DNA of 64,000 nucleotides, from NCBI RefSeq assembly GCF_009834535.1, contig NC_045696.1:96226001-96290000 (forward strand), read 5' to 3'. Shown piece after piece: positions 38,032 through 51,770 of the stretch (positions are counted from its first letter, which is position 1; each line of letters begins with the position of its first letter). The notes below the pieces were generated by a model. It did not search any database. It was given only the letters and a program-made list of their open reading frames with translations, and had not been told where the DNA came from. The position numbers were made by a program, and so were the translations under genes. This stretch comes from Camelus ferus. Lineage: Eukaryota.

Positions 38032-40608
38032 CTACGATCAAAAAATAAACAAGCAAAGTTAATTACAGGGGACGAGTATAGTCACAACAGGTTGTTAAGT
38101 TTGTTAGTTTGTTAATATCTACATTCTTGGATGAAACATGCAAAATTGAGATTTCTGTACTTATCTGAGGTCCACGCATCATAGGTGAATGTAACTCAAA
38201 AGTTGAGGGAAACTGCCCCAGAACAATTCAAACAATTTCAAACAACACCTGTGAAAACCACTATTCATGTGAACTGCGGACACTGCGTAGCAGGCGAGAA
38301 CGCCCACTGGATGTGCAGCACAGCAAAAGCAACTGCCCACTCTCTCTGCAAAACCACTGAAAACAATGAGGTTGTCTTCATTTTTAAATAGTCCATGTTT
38401 AGCGGTGTTCCAGCCAAGAAATATTTGGGCATGTACTACTGAGCTTGATTCTTTTGTGTTTGTTTTTGTCGGGTGGTGAATTTATGAGTATGTCTGGGGA
38501 GGTGCCAAGTCAAATGAGAAAACTAACATCATTCCTCCAGTAAGGTTCTTCACTCATCACATACACTTCACCAGCAAGCTCTCTCAGGACCTCCTGGAAT
38601 CTCCACAGTTCATGACACACGTCTAGAGAAGCTGTTTAACTCTGACATTCTTAAAGTCAGAACTTACCAAAAGACCAGTAAAGAAGCAGTTTAGAAGCCA
38701 TCAGAACCTCATTTTCTATTCTTTTTGCTATCTCTTTGACCTTTCCCATTTTCATTATCTACTTTTAATACTAAAATAGTATTATATTTAGATATCATCT
38801 CTTCAATCCCTCCTCTCTTTATAAAGGTCAAGTTTTGAAAATGGTGATTAATAGAAATCAATTATCTGAAACATCTCTGAGTGAATTTTTAGATATGGAC
38901 ACATTTACACCTATTAAAATTACAAAGTCGTCTCTGTGTGAACCTCTTCTGCGTGCAGTTGTGTGTGTGTGTATATGTGTGTGTATCCTGGGACATGTGT
39001 GGGGGGAGGGGAGGGCACAACAAAAACAATCCAGAAGGAGCAATGAAGTTTAAAGAATTCAACTTTAGTTACTAAAGTTTTATCACTGCACATTCATGGA
39101 AGAATAGTCTATTCAAATACGTAGAAAAATGCAACGAAACACTTTTTCCTAATTTGCCCATTGTAAAAGGGGTCATGTGGTTTACACCTTAGCATCACTA
39201 TCTTCAAGCCCCAATTTCAACAACGTGATCTCTTGAATTTGGTGAAGAGTGCCTTCCCAGCAGGAGGAGAGACCTATGAAAATATTCTTCCCATTTCATT
39301 TTCTAGTGCTGTCACAGGAGGCAGGTGTATTAGCAGTAACAGAGAGCCGGCTAAGTGCATATCCATTCATGCAACAGACATTTTCTGAGCATCTGTTGTG
39401 CACTGAGCATTATTCTGGGTGCCAAGGGTGCCAACACAACACTGAACAGGGTGCGCGAGGCCCCTGCTGTCAGGCTCACATCTGGAGGAGAGCGGGCAGT
39501 GAACGGTGAGCCAAAGCGGAAAGTAAAGCCGAGCGATGTGAGAAAGAGTGGCTGTGCGGTGGGTGCCGTCAACTGTGGACCAGGTGGTGATGGAAGAGCT
39601 TCTGGAGGAGGTGACACATGTAGAGCTAGAAATGCCAGACAGGAAGTGACACCTCCCGAAACAGGAGTGGCCGTGTAAAGATGGGGAACAGAGAGCGGCA
39701 CCCAGAAGGAACAGCAAGAGCAAAGGCGAGTGCGGTGTGTGGGGAGACAGGAACCCCGCAGTGGCTGAGGCTGTGTGTGGGCCGGGGAAGGGACGGGACG
39801 AGAGGGGAAAGGCTGGTGTGCAGCCCACGTCAGGCTGTGTGTGTCACGGGAAGGAGCCATTGGGAGATTCAGGAAGAGGACAAGGTGATTCCTTTCCATT
39901 TTGAAAAGATGGCTCTGGCTGCTGTGTGGAGGATGGCGGGGAACACGAGAAGGAGCAGAGACAGGCGGGGGGGCCCTGCAGTCACCCCGCTTTGAGGGGA
40001 CAGCCCCGGCAGGTCCCCGACACGCCTCCTCCCCAGCCACCCTGCCAGACCTCACAGGCAGAAAGGGAGGCTCACTTAACATTTTTCCCGCCAACAAAGC
40101 TACTGTTTACGAACATTTGTTTGTTCTTTTATAATCTACTCCAGAGGCTTTAATTGCTCTCTCTGGGGCCAGAACACAATCTCAAGAAGTAATACAAATT
40201 GGCAGCTGTAATCTCACAGTCACAACTGCCTCAAAGTATTTCCAGATTCAATACACACATGTGTGCGTATATACACAGATGCATATAATGCAAAACGTAC
40301 AGATACATGCACGTGTGTGCGCCTTGACCTCACAGAGGGAGATTTCTCTTCTACGTTAGGATACCGAAGTCGTATTTTAAAAGATATCATTTTAACTTAG
40401 CCCAGAATGTAAAGTTTTGGCCTTCATCAACTTAGAGGGATCCTACTATGGAGTCTTTATGTGAATTTGTACAGTTTTCCCCTTTTCCTTCATGAGAAAA
40501 AAAAACAAAAATAAAAAACAAAGGCATAACGAGTAAGAAGCAGAACCTTGCCCAGAACAGTATCTTTAAGTGGTGGTATTCTGCACATAGAAAGAAAACC
40601 GAACCTAC

Positions 40609-40740
40609 CTCTGCCTCAATTTCTGCTTGCCTCTTCTCCAAGAGTTTTGCCACAGCCATCGCCCTGTGCTTGCCCGACCGTTTACAGCTCACAGCCCATT
40701 CACACAACAGTGTCACCACAGCCTCGTCATTGGGGGCAAC
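40609..40740 (-). CDS. MED12L: MED12L coding exon (132 nt; [31 protein letters not shown])
   Basis: Contains the signature LCEWAV motif. tag|GTT..GAG|gtaggt. Confidence 0.97.
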
Positions 40741-42759
40741 CTAGTGACCAAGAGAAATGGGTACCAGCCATGTCAGACGAACTTCCACCCAGTAAGGTTT
40801 AGGATGCAAGCAATAGAATATTTAAAGCTTTCAAGCTTTCTTCTCACGTTTCATTATAGTCGTTTTAAAAAGTGGTACCAAATTTATTTTAATTGAGGTA
40901 TAAACTGTAAACACTTGGTCGTAAGGAAAGACATCACTTACACAGACCAGCTGAATCTGTGACAATCCCTGGAGAATGGGTTTCCTTGTTCAGGCTTCAT
41001 GCACAGAGGATGATAACCAAGCCCCATCAACCCCCCAGACTCAATTTCAAAGGAAACAGAAAGGGGAGCCGACCCTGAACTATCAAGGACTTCACCCCAC
41101 TGCTGACCCCCCAGGCCCTCACTCACAGCCTCGGTCAGGACGGAACCCTAACAAGCCTGGCTGTCAAGTCGCTCAGTCCAAGGAGGACCTGGAAGGAAGA
41201 ACTACAGGGAGGCCGGATCAAAACCCACTGCCTCCGAAACAACAAAGGAAAAATGACAGCCAGGCATGGAACGGAACAGAACTTCCAAGCAGACCCAGTT
41301 AACAAAGGACAGGAGCCTGGGTCCAGCAGGGCCCAGCACTGCCACCAGAGCTACCAGCTGCAGTCGCTGTGGCCTAGAAAAGGGCAGCACGGGCTAGGAC
41401 GAGAGGAGTCCAGGAAAGGCCGCAGGGACCCCAGGGACGTGAACTGGGGAGGGAGGAGGAGGTGAGCCTGCAAGGGGATTGGCCTTCGACGCAGTCTCAC
41501 CCTTCCTTTTAGAGGATCTGTGCCAACCACTGGGACATCCACTGCAAGTCTGTGGTACCTGCCCGGCTGCATAAACACTCTGCCGAAAGAACTAGACGGT
41601 CGTAGTACTGGCATCTATACGCTGCGTGAGAAGTCCTTAATGCTTTGGAATCTGTGAGCTCAATTAGGATCATGCCAGCAGGGAGCACACTTGCAGGAAC
41701 AACACATGAGCGCACACACATTTAGCACAAAATTTCAGGAGGTGTGTGGACTCCGAGAAGACATCCAGGAATCCCAGGGTAAGAATCCTGATCAGCTTTT
41801 AGATAGTAGCAAACAGTTCAGATCCTATAAATCAGTTGATTCCAAGAGTTTTACTCATCCTACCCTAAATTTGGTTAAACACATGCTGACTTAAAACAAA
41901 GAAATGTGAAGTTATTTAGGGCAGGTATCCCAAAAGGAGCTCTGGGTCTCTTAATTTAAAACAAGAAAAATAAGTCCATTAAAATGTGTAAAAATCGGAC
42001 ATAGCATTTAAAAAAGAAAGCAAACTGGGAGAATTTCCTGCTTGTGTTCAATCTAATCCTGGGAAAAGCAAAAATATAAAAGTGAAACTCTGCACACTTA
42101 GATTCAGAGCATTAAAGAGAACAAAAGGAGTTACCTTAAAAATACTGCCATCAGTTTTTAATAAATTCACTAGTCAGGAATGTGCATCAGTCACATTCAT
42201 AGAGTCTTTTTAAACTGTCCTCTGCATCATCAAAATAAAATGAAAATATGCCACAAAAGAATAAATAATTGACTCACCCAAGTGAAGTAATCAGCTCTGC
42301 TTGACTAGAAATGCATAGAAAAGAATATATAAAGGACAAGACTTCTTTTTAACACATCCAGATATGATGACCAGTTTAGGGTAGAAATGTGCTAGAAAAC
42401 AAATCTTAGGAAAAAGTCAATTCATTTCCAAAGGCACTTATTAAGCACCCCGAATATGCTAGGCATTGAGGAAATAAAATTTTAAATACCTGGCCCTTGT
42501 TCTCAAACACTTCACCTTGTACAGGGAAAAGCAGAAAAGGCAGCTAACCATACAGCAACAAGACATGCTGACAGGTGGAGGAGAAGGCAATCAGGCAGCG
42601 GCATCTGCACCTCCCCCGCCTCACAGGGGACGAGCATCGGTCCGTCCCGGCCTGCAGACATCTGAGATCTTAGCTTGAAGACAAAAAGGTCCTGCAGTCC
42701 TCCCACTGAAGCTGTAATTATTAGGAATTAAGTGAATTAAGAAAATCAGGGGGAAATGC

Positions 42760-43182
42760 TGCTAAAAGATTGAGTTTTTGAAATACTGTGACTGAGACAG
42801 GGATCGCTGGGGGAATTACCCTGGATTATGTGGGTGGGCCCACTGTGAGCACAGGGATGCTCAGGGGAAGGCAGCAGAGAGAGAGAGATGTGACAATGGG
42901 AGCGCAAGTCAGAGGCAAGGGGAGATGTGAAGATGCTATTCTGCTGACTTTGAAGATGGAGCATCAGGACAAAGGCTAAGGAACATATGCGATCTCTCGA
43001 AGCTGGAAAATACAAGGAAACACAAATTCTCCCCCAGAGCCTGCGAAAGGAATGCAGCCCAACTGGCTCCCTGATTACAGCCCAATAAGCTCATAATCTC
43101 CAAAACTGTAAGAAAATAAGTGTGTTGCTTTAAGACACTAAATTTCTGATAACTTGTTACTGCAGTAATAGGAAATTAATTC
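42760..43182 (+). mobile_element. MLT1-type (ERVL-MaLR) solo LTR
   Basis: ttaccctggattatgtgggtgggccc..ctgctgactttgaagatggag..ccccagagcctgcgaaaggaatgcagccc..ttgttactgcagtaataggaaattaat. Confidence 0.75.
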
Positions 43183-46100
43183 CAAGTAGTTTTAAGCAAA
43201 CACATAAAAAAGCAGAACACATGGTTGAGGTTGAAGGAATTACAAGGGCAGAAGACTGCCAGTTAAATGGCAAATATAGGAAAGCAACAATACAAAATTA
43301 AAAATCAGGGGGGAAAAAACTCACAGAAGAAGAGTACCATGAAATAGGTAGTAGCCTCATTAGTTCACTCACTTATTAATTCATCAATAAACAAGTATTG
43401 GGCACCTCGTGCCACCAGAACTTCTAGGCACAAGATATAAATCATTTCATGTATCACTTTATAGGAATAAAAAAGTTGATATTTCCCTTTTGGATGTAAT
43501 TTCTACTATATAACAAGAGTATTAAAAACGTTTATACTATTTGCTCTGATAATTCAGTCTCTGAGAATATAGCCCAAGGAAATTATCTTAAAGTAAAAAG
43601 ATGTGAGAACCACTGCTCCAGACACCAGGGAAGCATGATACCAAAACACCCCCTGCCCCAGCCCCAGGAACTGACAACGGTGCCCTCTGACACGTCAGAG
43701 AGGCACAGTGCATCAAGTCAGACCAAGAACCAGGTGACCCTGCAGGAAGAGAAAGGTTCACATGGACGGTTCACAGGCCAAAAAATTTGCCCTCAGCAAC
43801 AGAACTATGTGAATTTTTGTGGTGGTTGCTTTCTCTATTTTTATTATTCTGCAGGCAAATTGCACTATTTCAATATCTAATTAAAGGTGCATAAATAGGA
43901 AAGGCAGACAGGACAGGCTTGCAACAGAACGCAGGAAAGGGGAAGTCAGAGGTGCGTGATCACCAGCAAAGCTCAAATCCTCCCGAGAACGGAAGTTCTC
44001 AGGCCTCAGACAAGCTCTGCTCCCTGCCTGCCCACTGTTCTAACCTTCTTCTGGGAACAGCACCCCTGCTTCTTCTGGGGGTACTGCTCCTCCTCCCACC
44101 CCAAGTGGTTCAAGTAGGGGGTTACTAACTATAATGATCCACCCTCTCCGCATCAATGGGACCTTCTGGATTTGGGTCTTGGGCAGTGAAGACTTAAGGT
44201 AATTCTTTGAACACAAGAAAAAAAAAAAGCAATCTATTGGGTACTCATTACACGTACTGCTCTGTGCGCAGTCTTGTAAAACATTTTGGATGATAAAAGA
44301 GACTAGCCCTGACCAAGTGAAACTGTCTGTTTCTATTCTGATCAAAAGTCTGTTATTCAGAAAAGGTTTTCTGCAAAATGTATTGCTTATTCTAGTCCTT
44401 GCTAAAGTCTTAGCATTTTTAACTGACCCAAGCAGAAAAAAAAGTGAGAGGACCTGATCTTAAATGTAAATCTTTTCAGTTGCTTCTAAGGAAAATTTAA
44501 AATATAAAAATAACTTAGTATGGACTTAATCACTCTCAATATCACTAATAAAGACATGCTGGTAAATCTGCTGGTGGTAGGAATAAAAATAATTGACACG
44601 AGTGATTACTCCATTTACAGTCAGATGCTACAATAAACGTGTTTCCAGAATTATTTCTTTCAATCTTTACTACCCTTAGGCTGGTTATTATTATTATCCT
44701 CACTTTACAAATTAGGAGACCAAGGCACAGACATGTTAAACAGCTGTCCAAGATCACGTGACTAATTAATGGCACTCTTGCCACAATATAAATCTTCGGA
44801 AATGAACTAAATAAGCAGAGCAATACTGGAAAGTAATCTTGACCCTCCCTCAGGGAACACAATGGCCAAGCTTCTCTGGGCTCTTCTGCCTCCACTCTGA
44901 GTGCTAACAGCATCACAGTGCTCCGCTCCCTTGTGCTGTAAAATTTACTTGCACGTAATAATGCATCTTTCACAACACAGCTTCATGGCTGTTGGTTTTA
45001 AACATCCACTAGGAAAGGGAGACAGACCTCTGAGAACTATTAAAGGGAAGCAGTTCACCATCCCAAACACTGTAAGTCAGAGCTGGGGTCTTCAGGCGCG
45101 GTACCAGGCAGCTTTTCATATTGGTGGTTTTAACAGATACTAAGAAGTTGTTGCAAATCCACAGCATGCACCCCCTAGCCTGTAACTACACACAGGCCAG
45201 TGGGACAGACAGAGATGCAGAGAGACAGACCCATAAAGTTAAGGTCGGAGAAAAAGCACCAAACCAGGGGGTCAAGAGTGTGAGGTCTAGCCCTGGTATA
45301 AATTAAAACATGGTCACAGCAGTAATGATATTAATAATCGTGAATTTCCAACCACAGTGATAGCAGCAGTAATAATTGAAAATATTTACTGATCAGGTAC
45401 TGGGTGTCTTGCATACATCATCTCTAATCTCAACAACAAACTTTAAAGGAGATGTTGCTTTTCCCATTTTACACATGAAAAAACTGAGGTTTCACAGGTA
45501 AGTAAGATGGCCCAGAGAACAGAGATCGAAAGTAGCTGAACTGGGAGACCTCATTCTTTCCGCTGCTCCCCTCAAGGGTGAATCAAGGTCGCTGGAAGCA
45601 CATCGTGATGAAATGGCACTCTCCCCACTGGCTCAGTACACCCCAGGAAACCTGCCGCCCAGCCCACACCAACAAGCCATGGCCACCCACCGTTTCCGAC
45701 CTGACTTCTGCCTCTCCAGAGACAAGCCAGACTTGTAACCCAGTTGACAGGCAGAAAATGAAACCACAGGAGTGAAATACCAAAGACTTCATTCCTCCTC
45801 TGACACTTGCTAGACCAGGTGCTCCTACAAGGCAGGGATCTGTCTTTTCCATGGTTTTATTTTCAGCATCTAACACAGTGCCTGGCACATAGTAGATTCA
45901 GTAGATATTTCTAATCAAAGAATAAAAGCAGTGCAGTGTTACATGAAACCAAAGGTAAAAACAAGGTGTATTAAGGGGGGGTACATTTTGTTCCCCTCCC
46001 CCGACACATACACACACACACTTACTTAATATGGGAAAAATAACTGATTTAATCTAACCGTTGACTAAGTGTGGAACACCAGAAGCATTCTCATTCCTAA

Positions 46101-48054
46101 TTTAATGAGTTTGGCCACAACACCATTATTTAGCATCATTATGAAAGATTTAGCCAATGGAAAGAAAATGAAATAAATATTTGAATGGATGTGGCAAGAT
46201 GACTCCAGTTTGCATAAAATGATTATCCTCCACCTGCCCCGACCAATCCAGAGAACTGGAAAACATCATGACTAGAAGAAAATACACCACTAAAAACTGA
46301 TGAACAATAAGTATTAAGTAGTCATGGAAGGAAAAAGAAAAAACACCCACAGAATATTTTGTAGAACGCGATCTCATTTACGTCCCCCAGCCTGCTGAAG
46401 CTGCTACGTGTTCATGTATGTGTATGCAAATGCCCAGGAAAGCATCCAAAGCACATGGACCAAGAGGCACGGTGGTTCCTGCTGGTACATACGAGTGTTT
46501 GTCACACGGTGCGCCCTGTTCTAATGCTTTCACAACAATCCTATGTTGCTGAGCAAACTGAGGCCCCCTAAGGTTAAATAACTTGTTAAATGTCTCAGAG
46601 ATACTTCAAGAGTTACGTAAGGTAAAACTTGGTCCAAACTGCTAACAGACTCTAAGTCTGTTGTACAAAGTCACAAACAGTCCTTCTAACAGTCAAAATC
46701 ACCATACAAGATAATAAGCCTAAGACTGTTAACCACACACTCAGAAGATTATTCCAATATTAACAGTATTCATTTTCAAAAAATTTTTATATATTTGAAT
46801 GTTTCCACATGTACATTTCCAAAAGATACTTGAGATGGCTGGTTTTTGACAAGAGAAAGGGTAGATGTTTCTAGTCTCAAATTCTTAGAATCCATGTGGG
46901 TAGCAGTCTTTAGGTCTTGTGACATCCAAGAAACAAAACATAGAGCATACAAGCAAAAAAGACTTCCTTTTTTTTTTTTCTTAAAGCAGCAGTTAAAAAT
47001 AGTACAGATCTTAAGTTCTAAGAAAGGAGGTAGATAACAAAATTGTTTTAAAACAATTCCTCTGAGTATTAAAATCAACTATCATTAATTTGCACTGTGC
47101 CAAAAAAATAATATGCTACCGCTCAGTTAAGTCATCAACATTTAAGTAACACAAATAAAACAGAATTTTGAGACATATGTAACTGCGTAACAGAAGTCAT
47201 TTATGAGATGAATCAGATCAACAAAGCAAACCCTCCGAAGTCCTTGAAAAGAGCCATGTCTCTCATACGGAAGGTAATTGAAACACTAGACTTGGTTTCC
47301 GAGTCTTCACTGTCTGGTTCGAGAAACCTTCCTGCTTGCCTCTCATGCTGAATGGAGGAAACACACAGATGAGAAGGGTACATTTCTGAAGCCAGGTGCT
47401 AGGTTCACCTCACCTGACAACTAAAGGTGCCCAGCCAAGAACATAACAGTCAGCATTTACTAGGTGTTTACCACACGCTACCGCACAAAGTGGATTCTAT
47501 CAGCAAGGCCATTGGATGGACAAAGAGAATGACACCGAGGAAGCTAAGTCACCAGTCTGGGGCCACCTGGCTACTCGACAGCAGAGCCCGGATCCCAGTG
47601 ATCCAGGTCTGAACTGGCCTCCAAGCTTGTGACCGCCGACAACGGCCAAACTGCTCAACCTGAGGGTTTGAATTTTCTGACATAAATACCGTTTACTATG
47701 GTAAAACTGTCAAGCTTCTAAAAATCAGTTAGAGATTATGCCTGCAAATAAATAGGCCAGTATCAGCGTGGAAACTGTTCACGGCAATTATTAAAGGTTT
47801 TCCCTTCCTTTTTTTCCAAAATTACATCTGACACCTGTTTGTTCAGCTATATTCACTTGAAATAAAATTATTTTTTAAAGAAGCAGTACAGGGACTAGAA
47901 TGTGCTTGTGAAGAACGTTGTTCTGGAACCATTTAGGGTCCCAATCCCTCTTCACTCACCAGTGAGCTGACTACTCAGCTAACTTACTCCTTTTCTCTAA
48001 GCTTTCGTTTCCTCACCCTGCAAAGTAGGAGATTTTAAATAAAATTTTTAAGGA

Positions 48055-48210
48055 TTTTTTTGTTTTTATTTTTTGTTTTATTGTTTTTTATTTATTTTGG
48101 GAGGGGATAATTAGGTTTATTTATTTATTTTAATGGAGGTACTGGGGACTGAACCCAGGACCTCATGTATGCTAAGTGCACACTCGGCCACTGAGCTGTA
48201 CCCTCCTCCT
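48055..48210 (-). mobile_element. tRNA-derived SINE (camelid-type)
   Basis: tggaggtactggggactgaacccaggacctc..gagctgtaccctcc with a T-rich tail. Confidence 0.82.
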
Positions 48211-51200
48211 GCAAAAAATTTTCTAAACCTGTGTCTCACCGGCCAGAGAAAATGTCTTACAACAGAGCCTAGTGCAAAGAAGTACTCAAGAAAAAAGCTG
48301 AAAAAGAAAAAGAAAGAAAGAAAAAAACCGAGAGGCCCACCCCAATCTAAATGGATTCATTACTGGCCCTCGTAGGTTGCAGCAAAGTCAAAATGTCTGG
48401 ACACGCCACTGTCTCCCCCAGCTATGTGACCCTAACTCCCCTTTTACTAACAGATTTAGTTTAAGAAAGGAGAAAAGGGCAGCTGTAAATGACCAGCCAC
48501 GCCTCCTCTGGGTGTCCCGCAGGAACACGGGGAACTTCCAAGGAGCAGGCAGCCCCGGCCGGGCCACGACCGGCACTTACAGTGACTGTGTAACAGGTCA
48601 GCGCAGGAGGCCCTCCGCGGGGCTTTTCCTCGTTTGCTGCATTTTTGCCTCATTTGACCCTCTTATCTTGAGTCCTAGTTTTAGAAAGTAACTTTTTCTT
48701 AAACAGCATGGGGGAGAAAAAGCCCTAAGCATTGAAACAAGTGTGACCTCTTTTACAAGATGGTACTGCGGCCACCTCACCCGGGGCGGGCCAGTCCATC
48801 CCACTGCTTCCCTGCTGAGGGGAAAGCCTCTGTGAAAACCTAAGAATGTGAAGGCCTGACAGATCCAGGCTGTGCTCTATGGACACAGTGGGCTGTGCAA
48901 AGGGGGGAGGGAGGGAGGGAGGGTGTGTGTGTGTGTCTGTGTCTGTGTTTTCACAGCAGTCCGAAGGAATCACATTCCTTCCATCTCTCCAGAGTCTTCA
49001 CCTGCCTCCCTATGTATGTCCGTCCGTCCGTAAGGGCAGCAGCTAGTGTTTACTGAGTGCCCATTTACAAGCTCAGCACCATAAATACTGAAGTGTTTCA
49101 TCCATATGGTTTCGTGCCATTTTCACATCATCTGGCTCATCACAAGTAAGTGAACTGTCTGTAATGCCACCACAGATGTGCACTAACCTGCTGACTTGCC
49201 AGCTGAGAGCTCTCCTGTCAGCCACACTCCTACCTCCACCTGTATGTACCCTTTTACGCACCTGAACCATGAGTAAAGCCAACACATTGTACAGATCTCA
49301 TCACTGCCCTAACCCCGGCCCTGGCAAACCAAATCTTATAGAGCAGTTTTCCCTTCCAGTTCATGGTCCCAGCAGCTTTTTTATAAGCCCCTCAAGGACT
49401 TGCTGGGTACCCGCATGGCGCAGGAGACTGAGGACATGCTGGTGAGCAGGAGGAACACTGACCCCGACCTGTGGAGCCCTGGGCTTGCGGGAAGACACCC
49501 ACGGAACAGCCATGGCAGAAAAGAGGTGGAGATTCTGCCTTGGTGGATGGTCTGGTCAGAGTCCCACAGACACCCTGACGCACAGGGGGGCTGACCCTGG
49601 AGGACTGAGTCAGAGCAGGAGGGAGGTCTCTACATTCAAAAAAACCCATGTCAGCCCATCAAATCTGTCAGGGAATGCTTCGTGCATATTCTAGGCATAA
49701 AATAAATACAAACAATAGACCTGTCGCTTTTCAGGTTTCTGGTGTGTGGCGGTTCTGATCAAACAGCAGGGAAGGAAGAAATGTCTGTTTTGGCCAGCGT
49801 GGTCAGTGCAGCTGGCTTGGCCTTTTCATTACTCAGGAGAAAGTTTGCTTCCTTAGGCACCAGAGAGAGAAGTGAAAAGGCAGCTCTTCCTGTCACCTTT
49901 CCCTTCTCTCCTCGTCGCCAGGGTACCCAGAGATGCAGCTGCTTCTCCCCGCACGCCTCACACAGACAAGGAGAGAAGCCAGGCAGAAGGAAGTGGTCCA
50001 GGGGATCTGGAAGGTGGAGGGGGCAGCTCCCCACCCAGCTGCTCAGAGGTGAGGTCAGCATAGTGACCCCTGCCTGTGGGTGTCATGTGACAGACGCGGT
50101 CAGGGCTGGAATCAAGAGTGACTCCCTCATGGGGATGTCCGGCTTCTCTGCCTCCAGCATGCAGCGTAGAAATAGTTCTGAAACAGCAAACCAGGCAGAA
50201 GCCAAGACTGGCTGCCCTGCTCGGGAAGGGCTCACCCTGTCCTGGTCCCCTTGGCCCTGCCCTCTCGGCGCCCCGCACACAGCAGCCCACCCCTGGTCCA
50301 CACCTGCTGCACACCACGGGACATGAGTCTCTGAGCCCCTTCCTAAGCATTACAAATGTTTCTATCTCATACTACACTGCATGGAAAACCAAGTAGCATA
50401 AATCTAGAACAAGCAAACATTAAGGGTTTCCAGACATGTATTTTCACCCAAGCCCGACCTCAGAAGCAGTAGTTGGGGCTCTAAGGGGCGGCGGGGAGGG
50501 TAAAGGAATGAGACTTTCCACGGGGAGTTGTGGAAGGCTGCTGTGGCCCTGGCACACCTGACGTGGGGCACACCAGCTCCTACTCTCACTCTGTGACCGC
50601 AGCCCCCTCTGGGGCAGGACCAAGGCTTTGAATGCCTTCATCCTACGCATTACTGTTTTCAGCAGGCTCTCACCCAGTACCAAGACTGGCTACACACACC
50701 AGTCTGAACCTCAGGCCCCTTGTCTCATCTGGAGAGGTGCCCCCTCCCACTCCTCCCAAGAGGGCGGAGAAAACCGGATTTCCCCTTAGCAGTTCCAGAG
50801 AAAAGGGAATCGAGGAGAGGAAAGTTCAAGTTTCCTAAACAGATGTGGGGAAGTAAGCTGTGTAGTCCAGGGCCCAGACCCACCTAAACACAGCTTTTGC
50901 AAGAGCAAACCTCAACCTTACTGCAACCACAGAGGCTAGTCAGTCTGTCAACTTATCTATCATGTTGTCTGGGTCCTAACACAAGCTATGAAACCATAAA
51001 GGGGGAAGTGTGTTTTCAAGAAGGGAGCTGTGTTTCTGAATCCTAATCATGTCACTTCATAGAACTCCTTCTTATCTGAGAATTATAGTTTCAACATACT
51101 GGTTCTTCCAATATAATAGTAATAATTATTGCTATGCTATGATCATTGACAGTAACAATTTTTTAAAACCTGTTTATACAGAGCTTTAGAATTTTCAAGG

Positions 51201-51752
51201 TGCTCATGTCTCCTTAGAGGCGGGGCAAGGAAGTGTTCTATGCCAATTTAACAGGAAAGAGTCCTAAAGCAGCAACTAACTTGCCCGAAGTCATACAGCT
51301 GATCAGGAGTCAAAACAGTTCTGCACTCATACACGAATTCCAGAAATACCAAAAGTGACTCAGTGGTCAAGAAAACAGGGAACCCTGTTGAAGAGTAAAC
51401 ACACAGATGAAACCCTGTCATTCACATACATACATACACACACATATACACAAAGACAGATGCCAAAGCCATACTGAAAAAATTATTTATCGCTAAATAT
51501 TTCAGAAGTACCTGTCCAGTTACTCTGATAGATTATTAAGAAAAGGTGACCAGTCTGAATTACAGATTTAAAATGCAGTTTTTGTCTTACTCATAAAACA
51601 GCGGAGTAACCACAAAGCAACCACTCACTCACATCAAATCTTTCCAGAGTTGAGTCAACATTCAATACAATTACTCTTGAATGGGCAGCACTGATGTTCC
51701 TTCCAATGAAGTCTGTTACCAGAGCATCCAGGACTCTCAGCCCTGGGCACAC

Positions 51753-51770
51753 GGCGCCCTCTAGTGGCAG
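51753..51770 (-). promoter_or_regulatory. CTCF core motif
   Basis: Minus strand reads CTGCCACTAGAGGGCGCC, matching the consensus CCASYAGRKGGCR at all positions. Confidence 0.7.

Noticed and set aside
39249..40153. Cluster of overlapping ORFs up to 248 aa
   Set aside because: GC-rich, probably old repeat-derived intronic sequence, open in several frames on both strands, with no recognisable domain.
49742..50396. 194-aa and overlapping ORFs
   Set aside because: Stop-poor GC-rich intron with no recognised homology and no exon signals.
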